A DNA stretch of 64,000 bases from Planctomycetota bacterium (GTDB lineage Bacteria; Planctomycetota; PLA2): assembly GCA_036443405.1 (NCBI GenBank), contig JAZFYD010000249.1:1553-65552 (forward strand), written 5' to 3'. Of this stretch, positions 27,758 to 36,872 are shown in pieces. The notes beneath the pieces are model-generated. The model was not told the origin of the DNA, did not search any database, and saw nothing but the letters and a program-made list of their open reading frames with translations. The position numbers were made by a program, and so were the translations under genes. How positions within the stretch are numbered: the stretch's first letter is position 1; every line of letters starts with the position of its first letter.

Positions 27758-29221
27758 CTACTTCTTGTCCGGTTCGGTTCGCTTCTCCGCGCCCTCTTCG
27801 GAAGTTGTCTCGTCTTCCTCCTCCGTCCACCAACCGCCGCCGAGCGCCTTGTACAAGCGGATGACGTTGTCCGTGACCCGGCCGCGGCTGTCCGCGTGAA
27901 GATCCTGGATCTCGAGCTTCGAGCGCTCCGTATCGAGGACGTTCTGGAAGTCGGTGAGGCCCTTCGTATACAGGTCGCGCGAGAGCTCGGCCGCCCGCGA
28001 CGCGGATTCCGCCGCGCGTTGCAGGGCGTCGCGCCGCACCTGCTCTAAGGCGTAGGACGTCATCGCGCCCTCTACCTCCTCCAGGGCGAGCAGCACGGAC
28101 TGCTCGTAGGCGGCCAGGAGCGCCTCGGTGCGCGCATCCTGCACCTTGATGTTGGCGCGGATGCGCCCGCCGTCGAAGACGTTCCACTGGAAGGGCACGC
28201 CGATGGAAAACGCACGGCTCGACGACCCGAACAGGTCCCCCACATCCTCGGCGACCCAAGCAAAGGAGCCGGAGATGGAGAAACGCGGGTAGAGATCGGC
28301 GGTGGCGACGCCGATGCGCGCGGTCTGCGCAGCCAGTCGCCGCTCGCTGGATCGGATGTCGGGACGCTGCCGCAGCAGATTCGCCGGCACGCCCAGCATG
28401 ATTCGCTCGGGCGGGAGCGGGATCGGCATCGGCTTGGCCAGTTCCTTGTGAAGCGTGTGCGGCTGCTGCCCGACGAGCACGCCGAGGCGGTTGATCGCCA
28501 GAACGATGCCCTGGTCGAGACGCGGAATGCGAGCCTCGGTCGTGGCGAGGTTGGTCTCCGCCTGTTTCACGTCCAGTTCCGAGGTCAATCCGGCGTCGAA
28601 GCGGGACTGTGCCAGCTGGAGGGAGCTCCGCTGGGTTTCCACGTTGGACTCGGCGATCTGCCGGCGCTCCTGGAGCGCACGCAGCCCGACGTAGTTGAGC
28701 GCCACCTCGGAGTAGAGCGTGACGCGGACGTCGCGACGATCTTCGATGGAAGCCTGAAAGTTCCCGGTGGCAGCATCGACCTGCCGGTCGATGCGTCCCC
28801 AGACATCGATCTCCCACGCGGCGTCGACACCCACAGCGAAGATCGAGGTGTTGTCCGCGGCGACGGGCGGTGGGATTATGGGGTTGTCGGCGCTGAAACG
28901 TACGCGCGCGCCACCGCCGAAGGCGTTGAGGTCGGGAAGACGATCCGCTCCCGCGATCTTCAGTTGCGCCCGCGCTTCCATGATCCGGGCCAGCGCGATC
29001 TTGAGGTCCAGGTTGCCGTGTCCCGCGCGATCGATAAGGCTGTTGAGCGTGGGGTCGTTCAACACGGTCCACCAGCTCGCGAGATCCGACTCGCCCTGGA
29101 ACATGCCGCCGGTCAACTCCTGGTGCCACGCGTCGGCGGTCTGGATCTCCGGGCGCTCGTAGTCGGGTCCAACCGTCGTGCAGGCGGCGGCACCCAGTAG
29201 TACCCATGCGAGCCGCCTCAT
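27758..29221 (-). CDS. Outer-membrane efflux lipoprotein (NodT/OprM family OMF)
   Basis: Start MRRLAWVLLGAAACTTVGPDYERP (ATG 29221, ATGA overlap with the RND stop), the classic NodT N-terminus. The upstream 220 aa of the track ORF are an alternate-frame artefact inside the RND gene. Confidence 0.85.
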   Translation of the reverse strand: MRRLAWVLLGAAACTTVGPDYERPEIQTADAWHQELTGGMFQGESDLASWWTVLNDPTLNSLIDRAGHGNLDLKIALARIMEARAQLKIAGADRLPDLNAFGGGARVRFSADNPIIPPPVAADNTSIFAVGVDAAWEIDVWGRIDRQVDAATGNFQASIEDRRDVRVTLYSEVALNYVGLRALQERRQIAESNVETQRSSLQLAQSRFDAGLTSELDVKQAETNLATTEARIPRLDQGIVLAINRLGVLVGQQPHTLHKELAKPMPIPLPPERIMLGVPANLLRQRPDIRSSERRLAAQTARIGVATADLYPRFSISGSFAWVAEDVGDLFGSSSRAFSIGVPFQWNVFDGGRIRANIKVQDARTEALLAAYEQSVLLALEEVEGAMTSYALEQVRRDALQRAAESASRAAELSRDLYTKGLTDFQNVLDTERSKLEIQDLHADSRGRVTDNVIRLYKALGGGWWTEEEDETTSEEGAEKRTEPDKK

Positions 29222-32200
29222 GCCTTCACCGCCTTCAGTTTGTAGAAGAGTGAGTAGAGCACTGGAAGGATGAGCAACGTCAGGACGGTGCCGAACGCCA
29301 GGCCGAACATGATGGTCACGGCCATCGCCACCCAGAAGGGGTCCTGGAGCAGCGGGATGACGCCCAACACCGTCGTCCCCGCGGCGTTGGCGATAGGCCT
29401 CAGGCGCGAGACGGTGGAATCCACGACGGCGGTGTAGCGATCCTTGCCCTGGGAAACCTGCAAGTTGATCTCGTCGATGAGGACTATCGCGTTCTTGATC
29501 AGCATGCCTGCGAGGCTCATGAGCCCGAGCAGGGCGAGGAAGCCGAACGCCTCCTGAGTGATGAGGAACCCGATCGTCACGCCGATCATCGCGAACGGGA
29601 TCGTGGCGAAGATGATCAGCGGCGGCCGCAACGCGTTGAAGAGCCAGACGACCAAGAACAGGATGATCACCATCGCCGGGATGAGGCCGGGTCCGAGCGA
29701 CTTCTGCGCCACGATGGTGTCCGAGTACTCGCCCTCCCAGTTCAGTGTGTAGCCCGGCGGGAGTTCGATCTTCTCGAACTCGTCTCTCACGTCGGCCAAG
29801 ACCATGGGTGCGGTGACTCCGTCCCGGGGCGCGCACTGGACGCGCACCGAGCGGCGGCGATCCCAGCGACGAATGATCGGATCCTCCCACTCGACGCGAA
29901 TGTCGCGCGTGACTTGCGCCAAGGGCACCGTGTCAGTGGAGAGCATCGGCAGGACACCGAGTGTCCCGAGGTCGCCGGCGGCCTTCGCACGCTCCGCGGC
30001 CGTGTGGCGGACGAGGATCGGATAGAGGTCTTCCTTTTGCCGGTAGAGGCCGACCAATTGACCGTCGAACGCGCGGCGCGTGGCCTGACCGACGTCGCTG
30101 CGCGTCACCAGCGCCCAACGGCCGCGCTCCTGGCTGTACTCCGGGACGATCTTCGGGGTCTGCTGGCGCATGTTGTGCCGCGCTTCGCGCGTCAACGCCG
30201 AGTTGCGGAGAATCCGGGCGCCCTGATCGGCCAGGCTCCGCAGCGTGCCGAGATCGGCGTCGCCGGGGCCGCTGAATCGCGCTTCGATCGGCCAGGTGTT
30301 GGCGGGGCCGACACCGTATTTGCGAACGCGCGTGAGTCCCTCCGGGACGTTGGCGTTGAGCCATGGTTCTATGTCCGCGGCGAAGGCGAAAGCGTCCTGG
30401 AAGCTCTCGAAGTTAACGACGAACTGGGCGTATTCGGGATAGACGATCTCGGGATTGACCGGCAGATAGAACCGCGGCGGCCCCATGCCGACGAACGTCG
30501 AGAAGCTCTTGACCAGCGGATGCTCACCGAACTTGCTCTCGATCGGCTTGAGGTCCTCCATGACCTGCTCGATCCGCGTCCCCTGGGGCGCCCAGAAGTC
30601 GACCATCAGCTGCGGGCGCGACGAGGCTGGGAAGAACATCTGATTGACGCCGCCGAACGCCCCCATCGAGGCGACGAACAGTGCGATCATGCCGACAAGC
30701 ACGGGGACTTTGAACCGGATGGCGCCAACTAGCAACCAGCGAAACGCGTTGTAGAACTTTCCGCCGTACTCATCGGCCGTGTCCCCTTCCGCCTTCTTGG
30801 GCTCCGGCAGCATGGCGATGCACAGGAGCGGCACGACCGTCATCGACAGCGCCCAACTGACTAGCAGGGACGCGGCGACGACCATGAACAGCGTCCGGCA
30901 GTACTCGCCGGTATCCGACTGGGCCGCGAAGATCGGATAGAACGCGAGCGACGCGATGATTGTCGCGGTCAGGAGCGGAGTCGCCGGCTGCGACGCGGCC
31001 TCGATGGCCGCCTTCGTGCGATCCATGCCCCGCCTCATTCGAACGACGATGCCGTCCGCGACCACGATGGCGTTGTCCACCATCATGCCCATGGCGATGA
31101 TGAGCGCGCCGAGCGACATGCGTTGGAGATCGATGCCCCAGACAAACATGATCAAGAGCGTGCCGAGGATGGTCAGCACCAAGCCACCGATTCCGATGAT
31201 GACGGCCAGCCGCAGACCCATCGTGATCCACAGCACGATAAGGACGATCAGGACGGCTTCGACCAAGTTGACGACGAAGCCGACGATCGACTCGTCGACC
31301 AGATCCGCCTGCCAGGCGACCTTCTCGACCTCGATGCCGACGGGCAGTTCGGTCACGAGCTCTTGCACGCGGCGATCCACGGCCTTGCCGACTTCGACGA
31401 CGTTCGTGCCGCTTTGGGGCGAGAGATGGACGGCGAGCGCCGGCTCCCGTCCGTTCTGGCGCATCCAGGTCATGGGCGGGCGCATGTAGGTCGTCGTGAC
31501 GGTGGCCACGTCCTTGAGCCGGATCAAGTCGGAAGGCGCCGGAAGATGCGCGAGGTTGGCCGCCGCGCCGGCAAGAGTGCCGCGCAGGACCAGATTCCCG
31601 ATGTCGCCCGGGTTCTCGAACTCGCCCGTCGGCTCGACCCGCAGCCGATGGCTCAAGACGTCGATGCTGCCCGCGTCGACAACAAAATTCTGCTGGCGCA
31701 GCACGGAGATCACCGCTTCCGAGCTCAGGCCCAGCTCCGCGAGTTGCGCCGCCGACAGGTCGATGTAGACGGTCCGTATCGGCGCGCCCCAGATCTCGCA
31801 GCGGGCCACGCCCTCCACGAGGCTCAGCTCCTTTTTCATCGCGTCGGCGTAGCGATCCAACTCGAGCAGGTCGTATCCATCGCCGCTCATGGCCAGGACG
31901 AACCCGTACACCTCCGAGAAGTCGTCCTTGACGATCGGGGCGCCCGCGCCTGGCGGCAGTTGATCCTCGATGTTGCGAATCTTCTTGCGCACGCTGTCCC
32001 AAATCTGAGGCAGTACGTTGGCCCAGTACTTCTGCTTGATCTCGACGAAGATCATCGAGGATCCCGCCCGGGAGATGGAGTGCAGGTAGTCGAGCTCTTT
32101 CACCTCCTGCAACGCGCGCTCGACCACATCCGTGACCTCGAGCTCGACCTCTTCGGGGCTCGCGCCGGGATAGGTCGTGATGACGATCGCCGTCTTGACC

Positions 32201-32322
32201 GTGAACTCCGGATCCTCGAGCTGGCCCAGCGCGGTGAACGCGGCCAGGCCGCCCACCGTCATGAGGAATGCCGCGAAGTAGGTGACGGTCTTCTTCTTGA
32301 TCGCCGACTCGGCGAGGCTCAC
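29218..32322 (-). CDS. RND efflux transporter permease (AcrB family)
   Basis: 1034 aa. N-terminus AIKKKTVTYFAAFLMTVGGLAAF...PEFTVKTAIVITTYPGASPEEVE. 12-TM architecture with two large periplasmic loops. GTG start overlaps the MFP stop (GTGA). Confidence 0.9.
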   Translation of the reverse strand: MSLAESAIKKKTVTYFAAFLMTVGGLAAFTALGQLEDPEFTVKTAIVITTYPGASPEEVELEVTDVVERALQEVKELDYLHSISRAGSSMIFVEIKQKYWANVLPQIWDSVRKKIRNIEDQLPPGAGAPIVKDDFSEVYGFVLAMSGDGYDLLELDRYADAMKKELSLVEGVARCEIWGAPIRTVYIDLSAAQLAELGLSSEAVISVLRQQNFVVDAGSIDVLSHRLRVEPTGEFENPGDIGNLVLRGTLAGAAANLAHLPAPSDLIRLKDVATVTTTYMRPPMTWMRQNGREPALAVHLSPQSGTNVVEVGKAVDRRVQELVTELPVGIEVEKVAWQADLVDESIVGFVVNLVEAVLIVLIVLWITMGLRLAVIIGIGGLVLTILGTLLIMFVWGIDLQRMSLGALIIAMGMMVDNAIVVADGIVVRMRRGMDRTKAAIEAASQPATPLLTATIIASLAFYPIFAAQSDTGEYCRTLFMVVAASLLVSWALSMTVVPLLCIAMLPEPKKAEGDTADEYGGKFYNAFRWLLVGAIRFKVPVLVGMIALFVASMGAFGGVNQMFFPASSRPQLMVDFWAPQGTRIEQVMEDLKPIESKFGEHPLVKSFSTFVGMGPPRFYLPVNPEIVYPEYAQFVVNFESFQDAFAFAADIEPWLNANVPEGLTRVRKYGVGPANTWPIEARFSGPGDADLGTLRSLADQGARILRNSALTREARHNMRQQTPKIVPEYSQERGRWALVTRSDVGQATRRAFDGQLVGLYRQKEDLYPILVRHTAAERAKAAGDLGTLGVLPMLSTDTVPLAQVTRDIRVEWEDPIIRRWDRRRSVRVQCAPRDGVTAPMVLADVRDEFEKIELPPGYTLNWEGEYSDTIVAQKSLGPGLIPAMVIILFLVVWLFNALRPPLIIFATIPFAMIGVTIGFLITQEAFGFLALLGLMSLAGMLIKNAIVLIDEINLQVSQGKDRYTAVVDSTVSRLRPIANAAGTTVLGVIPLLQDPFWVAMAVTIMFGLAFGTVLTLLILPVLYSLFYKLKAVKA

Positions 32323-33557
32323 GGCTTCGTCTCCGACTGGATCCGCACCTTCTGCCCGTCCGTGAGCGAGTGCGCGCCGGCCGTTGCCACCCAGTCACCC
32401 TTCTTGATGCCGGAAACCACGATGCCGCGGGCGTGCAGCTTCCCGGTCTGCACCTCGCGTCGGCGGGCCGTTCCGGATCCTTCGTCGATAATCCAGACGT
32501 ACGTCTTGCCCTGATCGCGAAGGAGAGCCGAGAACGGGACGACGAACCCGGCCTTTTGCACCTCCCCCGGGACCTCGACGCGTGCGCGCGCCGTGCCCGC
32601 CATGCCCGGGAGGACCGTGAACTCCTTGGGTTGATCCATGATGATCGTCACGGGATAGGTGCGTGTCATCGTGGAGGCTTCCGTTCCGACCTCCTTGATG
32701 CGGGCGGAGATCGTCTTACCCGGAAACGCGTCGAACTCGCAGGTGAGTTCCGTGACGTAGGGCGCCAGCGAGATGTACTGCTCGGGGATGTCCACGGTCA
32801 TCTCGATCCGGGAGGTGTCGAGCAGGCGGAGGATCGGCTGCTTGGCCTGGACCGTCTGGTAGTTCTCGACAAATGTCGCGGAGACGGTGCCGTCGAACGG
32901 GGCCTTCAGCGTCGCGTAAGAAAGCTGATCGGCGGCCGCATCGCGCGCCGCTTCGAGCGAGCGAACCCGCGCCTTCTGCGCGTTGATGTCCTCCTTGCGC
33001 GCGCCCACCTCGCCGATGCGCAGATTCTCGCGGGCCGTCTTGAGAGCGGCATCGGCGAGCTCCGCGAGTTGGTACGCGCGGTCGACATCCGATTGGGAGA
33101 CCGCCTTGTTCTCGATCGCTTTTTTGAACCGCCCGTAGTCGTTCTTGGCGCGCGTGAACTCGGCCTCCGCGCTCTGCACGGCGGCTCTGAGTTTCTTGAT
33201 TTCCTCGGGTCGCGCGCCCGTCTCCATCGCTTCGAGCGTCGCGCGCGCATGCTCGAGTTGGCCGCTTGCATTCCGCAGCGCGACCTTGTAGTCGCGCGGA
33301 TCGATCTGAGCGAGCATCTGGCCGCGTTTGACCCGATCGCCGACGTTGACCGGACGCTCCACGAGCGGACCGGAGACGCGGAAGGAGAGATTGACCTCCT
33401 GGGTTGCTTCCGCCCGGCCCGTGAACGAGTCCTGCTGGAACCCTGCTATGTCGCCAATCAGGATCGCACGGACAGGCCGAACCAGCTCGGGCGCCCGAGC
33501 CTCCTCCTGGCCACACGCCGCAATCACCAATAGCGAAAGTACCGACATTCTGCGCAT
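32319..33557 (-). CDS. RND efflux periplasmic adaptor (membrane fusion protein)
   Basis: Start MRRMSVLSLLVIAAC (ATG 33557), a lipoprotein signal. Contains a coiled-coil hairpin and barrel-sandwich motifs (GRAEATQEVNLSFRVSGPL...GQMLAQIDPRDY). Confidence 0.85.
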   Translation of the reverse strand: MRRMSVLSLLVIAACGQEEARAPELVRPVRAILIGDIAGFQQDSFTGRAEATQEVNLSFRVSGPLVERPVNVGDRVKRGQMLAQIDPRDYKVALRNASGQLEHARATLEAMETGARPEEIKKLRAAVQSAEAEFTRAKNDYGRFKKAIENKAVSQSDVDRAYQLAELADAALKTARENLRIGEVGARKEDINAQKARVRSLEAARDAAADQLSYATLKAPFDGTVSATFVENYQTVQAKQPILRLLDTSRIEMTVDIPEQYISLAPYVTELTCEFDAFPGKTISARIKEVGTEASTMTRTYPVTIIMDQPKEFTVLPGMAGTARARVEVPGEVQKAGFVVPFSALLRDQGKTYVWIIDEGSGTARRREVQTGKLHARGIVVSGIKKGDWVATAGAHSLTDGQKVRIQSETKP

Positions 33558-33651
33558 GCCCGCCCTCCTTGGGACGCGACATCCTACTAATTTGGAGACC
33601 GGAGTGCGACAGAGCACCACGGCGCGGCGTACACGAACTGTTGCAGTCCGC

Positions 33652-33662
33652 GGGGGGGGGGG
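33652..33662. repeat. G11 homopolymer in the 518-bp divergent intergenic region
   Basis: Plus strand reads tccgcgggggggggggagagg. Confidence 0.9.
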
Positions 33663-33770
33663 AGAGGCGTTGGCCGGCGTTCTGATACGCATCGGCGACG
33701 CTTCTTTGGGCACTCCAGTGGCAACTCTCGGTCGTATGTCCTTAGGAGTTCTAGGCCTGGTCGCTGGGCC

Positions 33771-33808
33771 ATGAGTCCGCTGCTCCAAACCGATTGAGCT
33801 CCGACCCG
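33771..33808 (-). pseudogene. Degenerate copy of the 5-prime half (acceptor 5-prime strand, D arm, anticodon stem/loop) of the tRNA-Met(CAT) gene
   Basis: Plus strand ATGAGTCCGCTGCTCCAAACCGATTGAGCTCCGACCC aligns with 2573-2609 ATGAGTTCGCTGCTCT-AACCGATTGAGCTACGGCCCC. My hand count is 32 identities, 4 mismatches and 1 indel. No complementary anticodon-stem strand or T arm follows, so it is not a functional tRNA. Confidence 0.7.
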
Positions 33809-34075
33809 ACGCGACCGGATGTGTTTGCACACTCGCGAGTTAGGGCGTACCTGCGCCTTGCAGATCCCAACGGCGTTCCGTCCGTTCTGCTGCCGTTGCC
33901 CGAGGGCTTCGCGCGTCGCGGATTGCGGATTGCTGAGGACCGCTCCGCAGCTATCGCCAACAGGCTGGAGCACAGATGGAACGACGGGCCCCACGCGCCC
34001 CGCCCTCCCCCGCGAGACTCGCGTCAACCGGTATCGTGCTCTGTGTAGACTGTGTCCCTCAAGGGAGGCTCCCGG

Positions 34076-35095
34076 ATGTTGCAATACTCTCGCGCGCTTT
34101 TGTTTGTGTTCGTTTCGCTCCTCGTGGTGAGGACTGCAACCGCCCAGGACGCGATGGCGGCGGAGGAGCGGGTGCGCTGGATTCAGGAGCAGATCAGCAT
34201 CGTCGCCGAGGGCAACGAGCGCGATCGCCAAGCCGCGCTCGTTCGACTGATGCAGCGAGACAAGGACGGGGATTGCACGACGCCGGTCATCGGCCTGCTC
34301 CTTGAGACCAAGAAGAACACGCCGCTGCTCGTCGATCTCATCCGCGCGCTCGGCCGCGATCAATTGGCCGTCGCCGCGCCGCCGATCGCGAAGCATCTAT
34401 CGCACAGGGACGAGAAGGTGCGCGGCAACGCAGCGGTGAGCCTCGAGTACATCGGAAGCAGTCACAAGGAAGTAGTCGGCGCGCTCAAGAAGTCGGCCGA
34501 ACGGGAAAAAGACCTCTCGATCGCGAATCACATGTATCGCGCGCTCGGGCGGTGCGGTATCGAGGATAAGAAGGCTCGCGCTTTGTTGATCAAGAAGTGC
34601 GGAAGCGCCAAGAGTGAGTTTGCCACCTACGGCCCGACGATCGGCCTCGCGTATTTCGAGGGCGACGAAAAGGCCGCGCGTGGCGTCGAGAAGGTGCTGA
34701 AGAGAATCGGTGTGCCGGGCGGAAGGCGCGGTGGCGGCCAGAATACGGTCAAGCGCGGTCTGCTCTGCTGGACCCTCGCGTCGATCGGCGACAAGAAGAG
34801 CGGCCCGTTCATGCGCGAAGAACTGATCGCGAAGCTCAAGAACGTCAAGGCGTTCTGGGTGGAGGGGTTGAAAACCTTCTATCAGATGGTCGCCCGCAAA
34901 TGCGAAGGCGAGGCGGGCGAGATGGCCGGCATCACCGCGGGAGTCGGGAACTTCGCGGCCTTCGCCAGGAATGCGGATCTCGAACGCTACGGAGCTGAGG
35001 TTCGCAACCTGATGGACGACTACCGCATCGGACGCGAGGCCGCGACTTTCAGGCCCAAGGGCGACGGCCTGCTCGGCAAGCCTGCGGGCATGTAG
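34076..35095 (+). CDS. Secreted HEAT-repeat protein
   Basis: GGGAGG Shine-Dalgarno 7 nt upstream of ATG 34076. Signal peptide MLQYSRALLFVFVSLLVVRTATA. HEAT/PBS-lyase-like repeats (HRDEKVRGNAAVSLEYIG...). Confidence 0.65.
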   Translation: MLQYSRALLFVFVSLLVVRTATAQDAMAAEERVRWIQEQISIVAEGNERDRQAALVRLMQRDKDGDCTTPVIGLLLETKKNTPLLVDLIRALGRDQLAVAAPPIAKHLSHRDEKVRGNAAVSLEYIGSSHKEVVGALKKSAEREKDLSIANHMYRALGRCGIEDKKARALLIKKCGSAKSEFATYGPTIGLAYFEGDEKAARGVEKVLKRIGVPGGRRGGGQNTVKRGLLCWTLASIGDKKSGPFMREELIAKLKNVKAFWVEGLKTFYQMVARKCEGEAGEMAGITAGVGNFAAFARNADLERYGAEVRNLMDDYRIGREAATFRPKGDGLLGKPAGM

Positions 35096-35357
35096 AGCCG
35101 GTCGGCACCGGCCGCGGAACGTCCGGAGGTCGACACCCACTCCCGCAAAGACTGAAGCCGCCGCCGAATGTGTTTCGGGATGAGACGTTCGGCGCGGCAC
35201 AGGGCCACTTCTGTCCGCCACGCGGCACCCGTTCCATGGCGATCTCGGCCGATAGGGTTGAGGCATACTCCGGCGTCCGGTCCCGAGAACGGATCGCCGG
35301 CATGAATGAATGGAGTGTCGTTTCGGGCGGTGGGGCGCTTGAGCAGGAGCGAAGTGG

Positions 35358-36872
35358 ATGCAAAAGAAGGGCAAAGGGTCGGAGCAGGATCGCCGAACGG
35401 CGAGGCGCCTTGAGCGCGCGCACGTTGTGAAAGCCATCGGGGACCACGGCATCTACTCCGCCGTCTTGGGCAACCTCTCCTTCGAGGGTGCCTTGCTCAC
35501 GATCACGGATGAAGCGTTTGGCTCGTCCGATTTCAATGGGTCCATCACGAAGTACGCCCGTCGGGTCACGAACGAGTTCGCCAACGGAGTGAAAGTTCGT
35601 TTCATGGAGTCCGATGTTCGTGTTCAGGCAAGCGTCGTTCGAATCGACGAGACGAGCGAAACTCCGGCCATTGGCCTTCGTTTTCAGCGTCCGCTCAATC
35701 CTGCGGAATGCAAGACGCTGGACATCCCGAGTCCCGTCGATCAAGACGACCCGCGCTGGGATTCGAAGGCCGAGGTCTCCAAATACGATGGCGCGTACAT
35801 CCTCAAGCTGATGGACGAGATGCGCAACCATCGCGCGACCGATCTGCACATCAAGGTCGGTTCACCTCCGCGTATCCGTGTGGACGGGGAGCTGCTGGAT
35901 GTCGACAAGGATCTGCTCGATGAACTCACCGTTGAGGCGATGGTTCACGCGCTGCTCAGCACCGATCAGACTGACATGTTCGATCAGGTCGGCGATCTGG
36001 ACCTCGCGTGCAGCATCGACGGAAGCGGCCGTTTTCGCATCAACGTCATGCGCCAGCGCGGGCTACCGGGGCTCGCGATTCGACGCATCCCCGAGGACGT
36101 GCCCAGCCTCAAGGCCCTCGATCTGACGCCGCACTGCATCACGCTCGCCGAGCGGCCGCGCGGCCTCGTGCTCGTCACGGGTCCCACCGGATCCGGAAAG
36201 TCCACGACGCTGGCCGCGATGATCAAACACATCAACCAAACGCGGCGCTGTCACATCCTGACGATGGAAGATCCGATCGAGTACCTCCACGCCGACATCA
36301 AGGCGCACGTCACGCAGCGCGAGATCGGCAAGGACACACCCGATTTCGCGTCGTCGCTACGTCGCGCGTTGCGGCAGGATCCCGACGTGATCCTCGTCGG
36401 TGAGATGCGTGATCTCGAGACGATCGCGCTCGCGATCACCGCGGCGGAGACCGGCCACCTCGTGTTCGCGACGCTACACACCACGTCCGCGCCGCTCACG
36501 GTGGATCGCATCATTGACGTGTTCCCGCCCAATCAGCAGGCGCAGATTCGAATGCAGCTCGCCGACTGCCTTCAGGGCGTCCTGTCGCAGATGCTGCTGC
36601 CGAAGGCCAGCGGCGGCGTCGTGTGTGTCCAGGAGGTGTTGGTCGCGACCGACGCCGTGCGTGCGCTGATCCGCGAGGGCAAGGCGCATCAGATCTCAAA
36701 CTTCATGCAGACCGGCGGCAAGTCGGGAATGCAGACGCTGGAGTCGGTGTTGAACGATCTCGTCGCCCGCCGCAAGGTCACGTATCAGATGGCGGTCTCG
36801 AAGGCCAACCACCCCGCGCACATCCGCCGCGGCGGCGAGCGCATGCACAAACACGCGCCCGCCGTGGTCTGA
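35358..36872 (+). CDS. pilT: PilZ-domain / PilT-family type IV pilus retraction ATPase fusion
   Basis: N-terminal ~135 aa carries both PilZ c-di-GMP motifs: RRTAR (RxxxR) and NLSFEG (D/N-x-S-x-x-G). C-terminal PilT core has Walker A GPTGSGKST, Walker B ILVGEMRD, His box GHLVFATLHT and the PilT-type AVRALIRE motif. Confidence 0.85.
   Translation: MQKKGKGSEQDRRTARRLERAHVVKAIGDHGIYSAVLGNLSFEGALLTITDEAFGSSDFNGSITKYARRVTNEFANGVKVRFMESDVRVQASVVRIDETSETPAIGLRFQRPLNPAECKTLDIPSPVDQDDPRWDSKAEVSKYDGAYILKLMDEMRNHRATDLHIKVGSPPRIRVDGELLDVDKDLLDELTVEAMVHALLSTDQTDMFDQVGDLDLACSIDGSGRFRINVMRQRGLPGLAIRRIPEDVPSLKALDLTPHCITLAERPRGLVLVTGPTGSGKSTTLAAMIKHINQTRRCHILTMEDPIEYLHADIKAHVTQREIGKDTPDFASSLRRALRQDPDVILVGEMRDLETIALAITAAETGHLVFATLHTTSAPLTVDRIIDVFPPNQQAQIRMQLADCLQGVLSQMLLPKASGGVVCVQEVLVATDAVRALIREGKAHQISNFMQTGGKSGMQTLESVLNDLVARRKVTYQMAVSKANHPAHIRRGGERMHKHAPAVV

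Noticed and set aside
27738-32398. ORFs 27738..29207 (-, 489 aa), 30770..32398 (-, 542 aa), 31123..32514 (+, 463 aa), and the 220-aa N-terminal extension of 27758..29890
   Set aside because: These are alternate-frame or antisense readings inside the OMF and RND genes, with Arg/Gly/Pro-rich composition. The true frames show canonical NodT and AcrB sequences with 4-nt start/stop overlaps.
33794-34130. ORFs 33794..34048 (+, 84 aa) and 33819..34130 (+, 103 aa) in the long intergenic region
   Set aside because: They have Arg/Pro/Cys-rich, non-protein-like composition and overlap the tRNA-derived fragment and the HEAT gene start. The region is better treated as non-coding.
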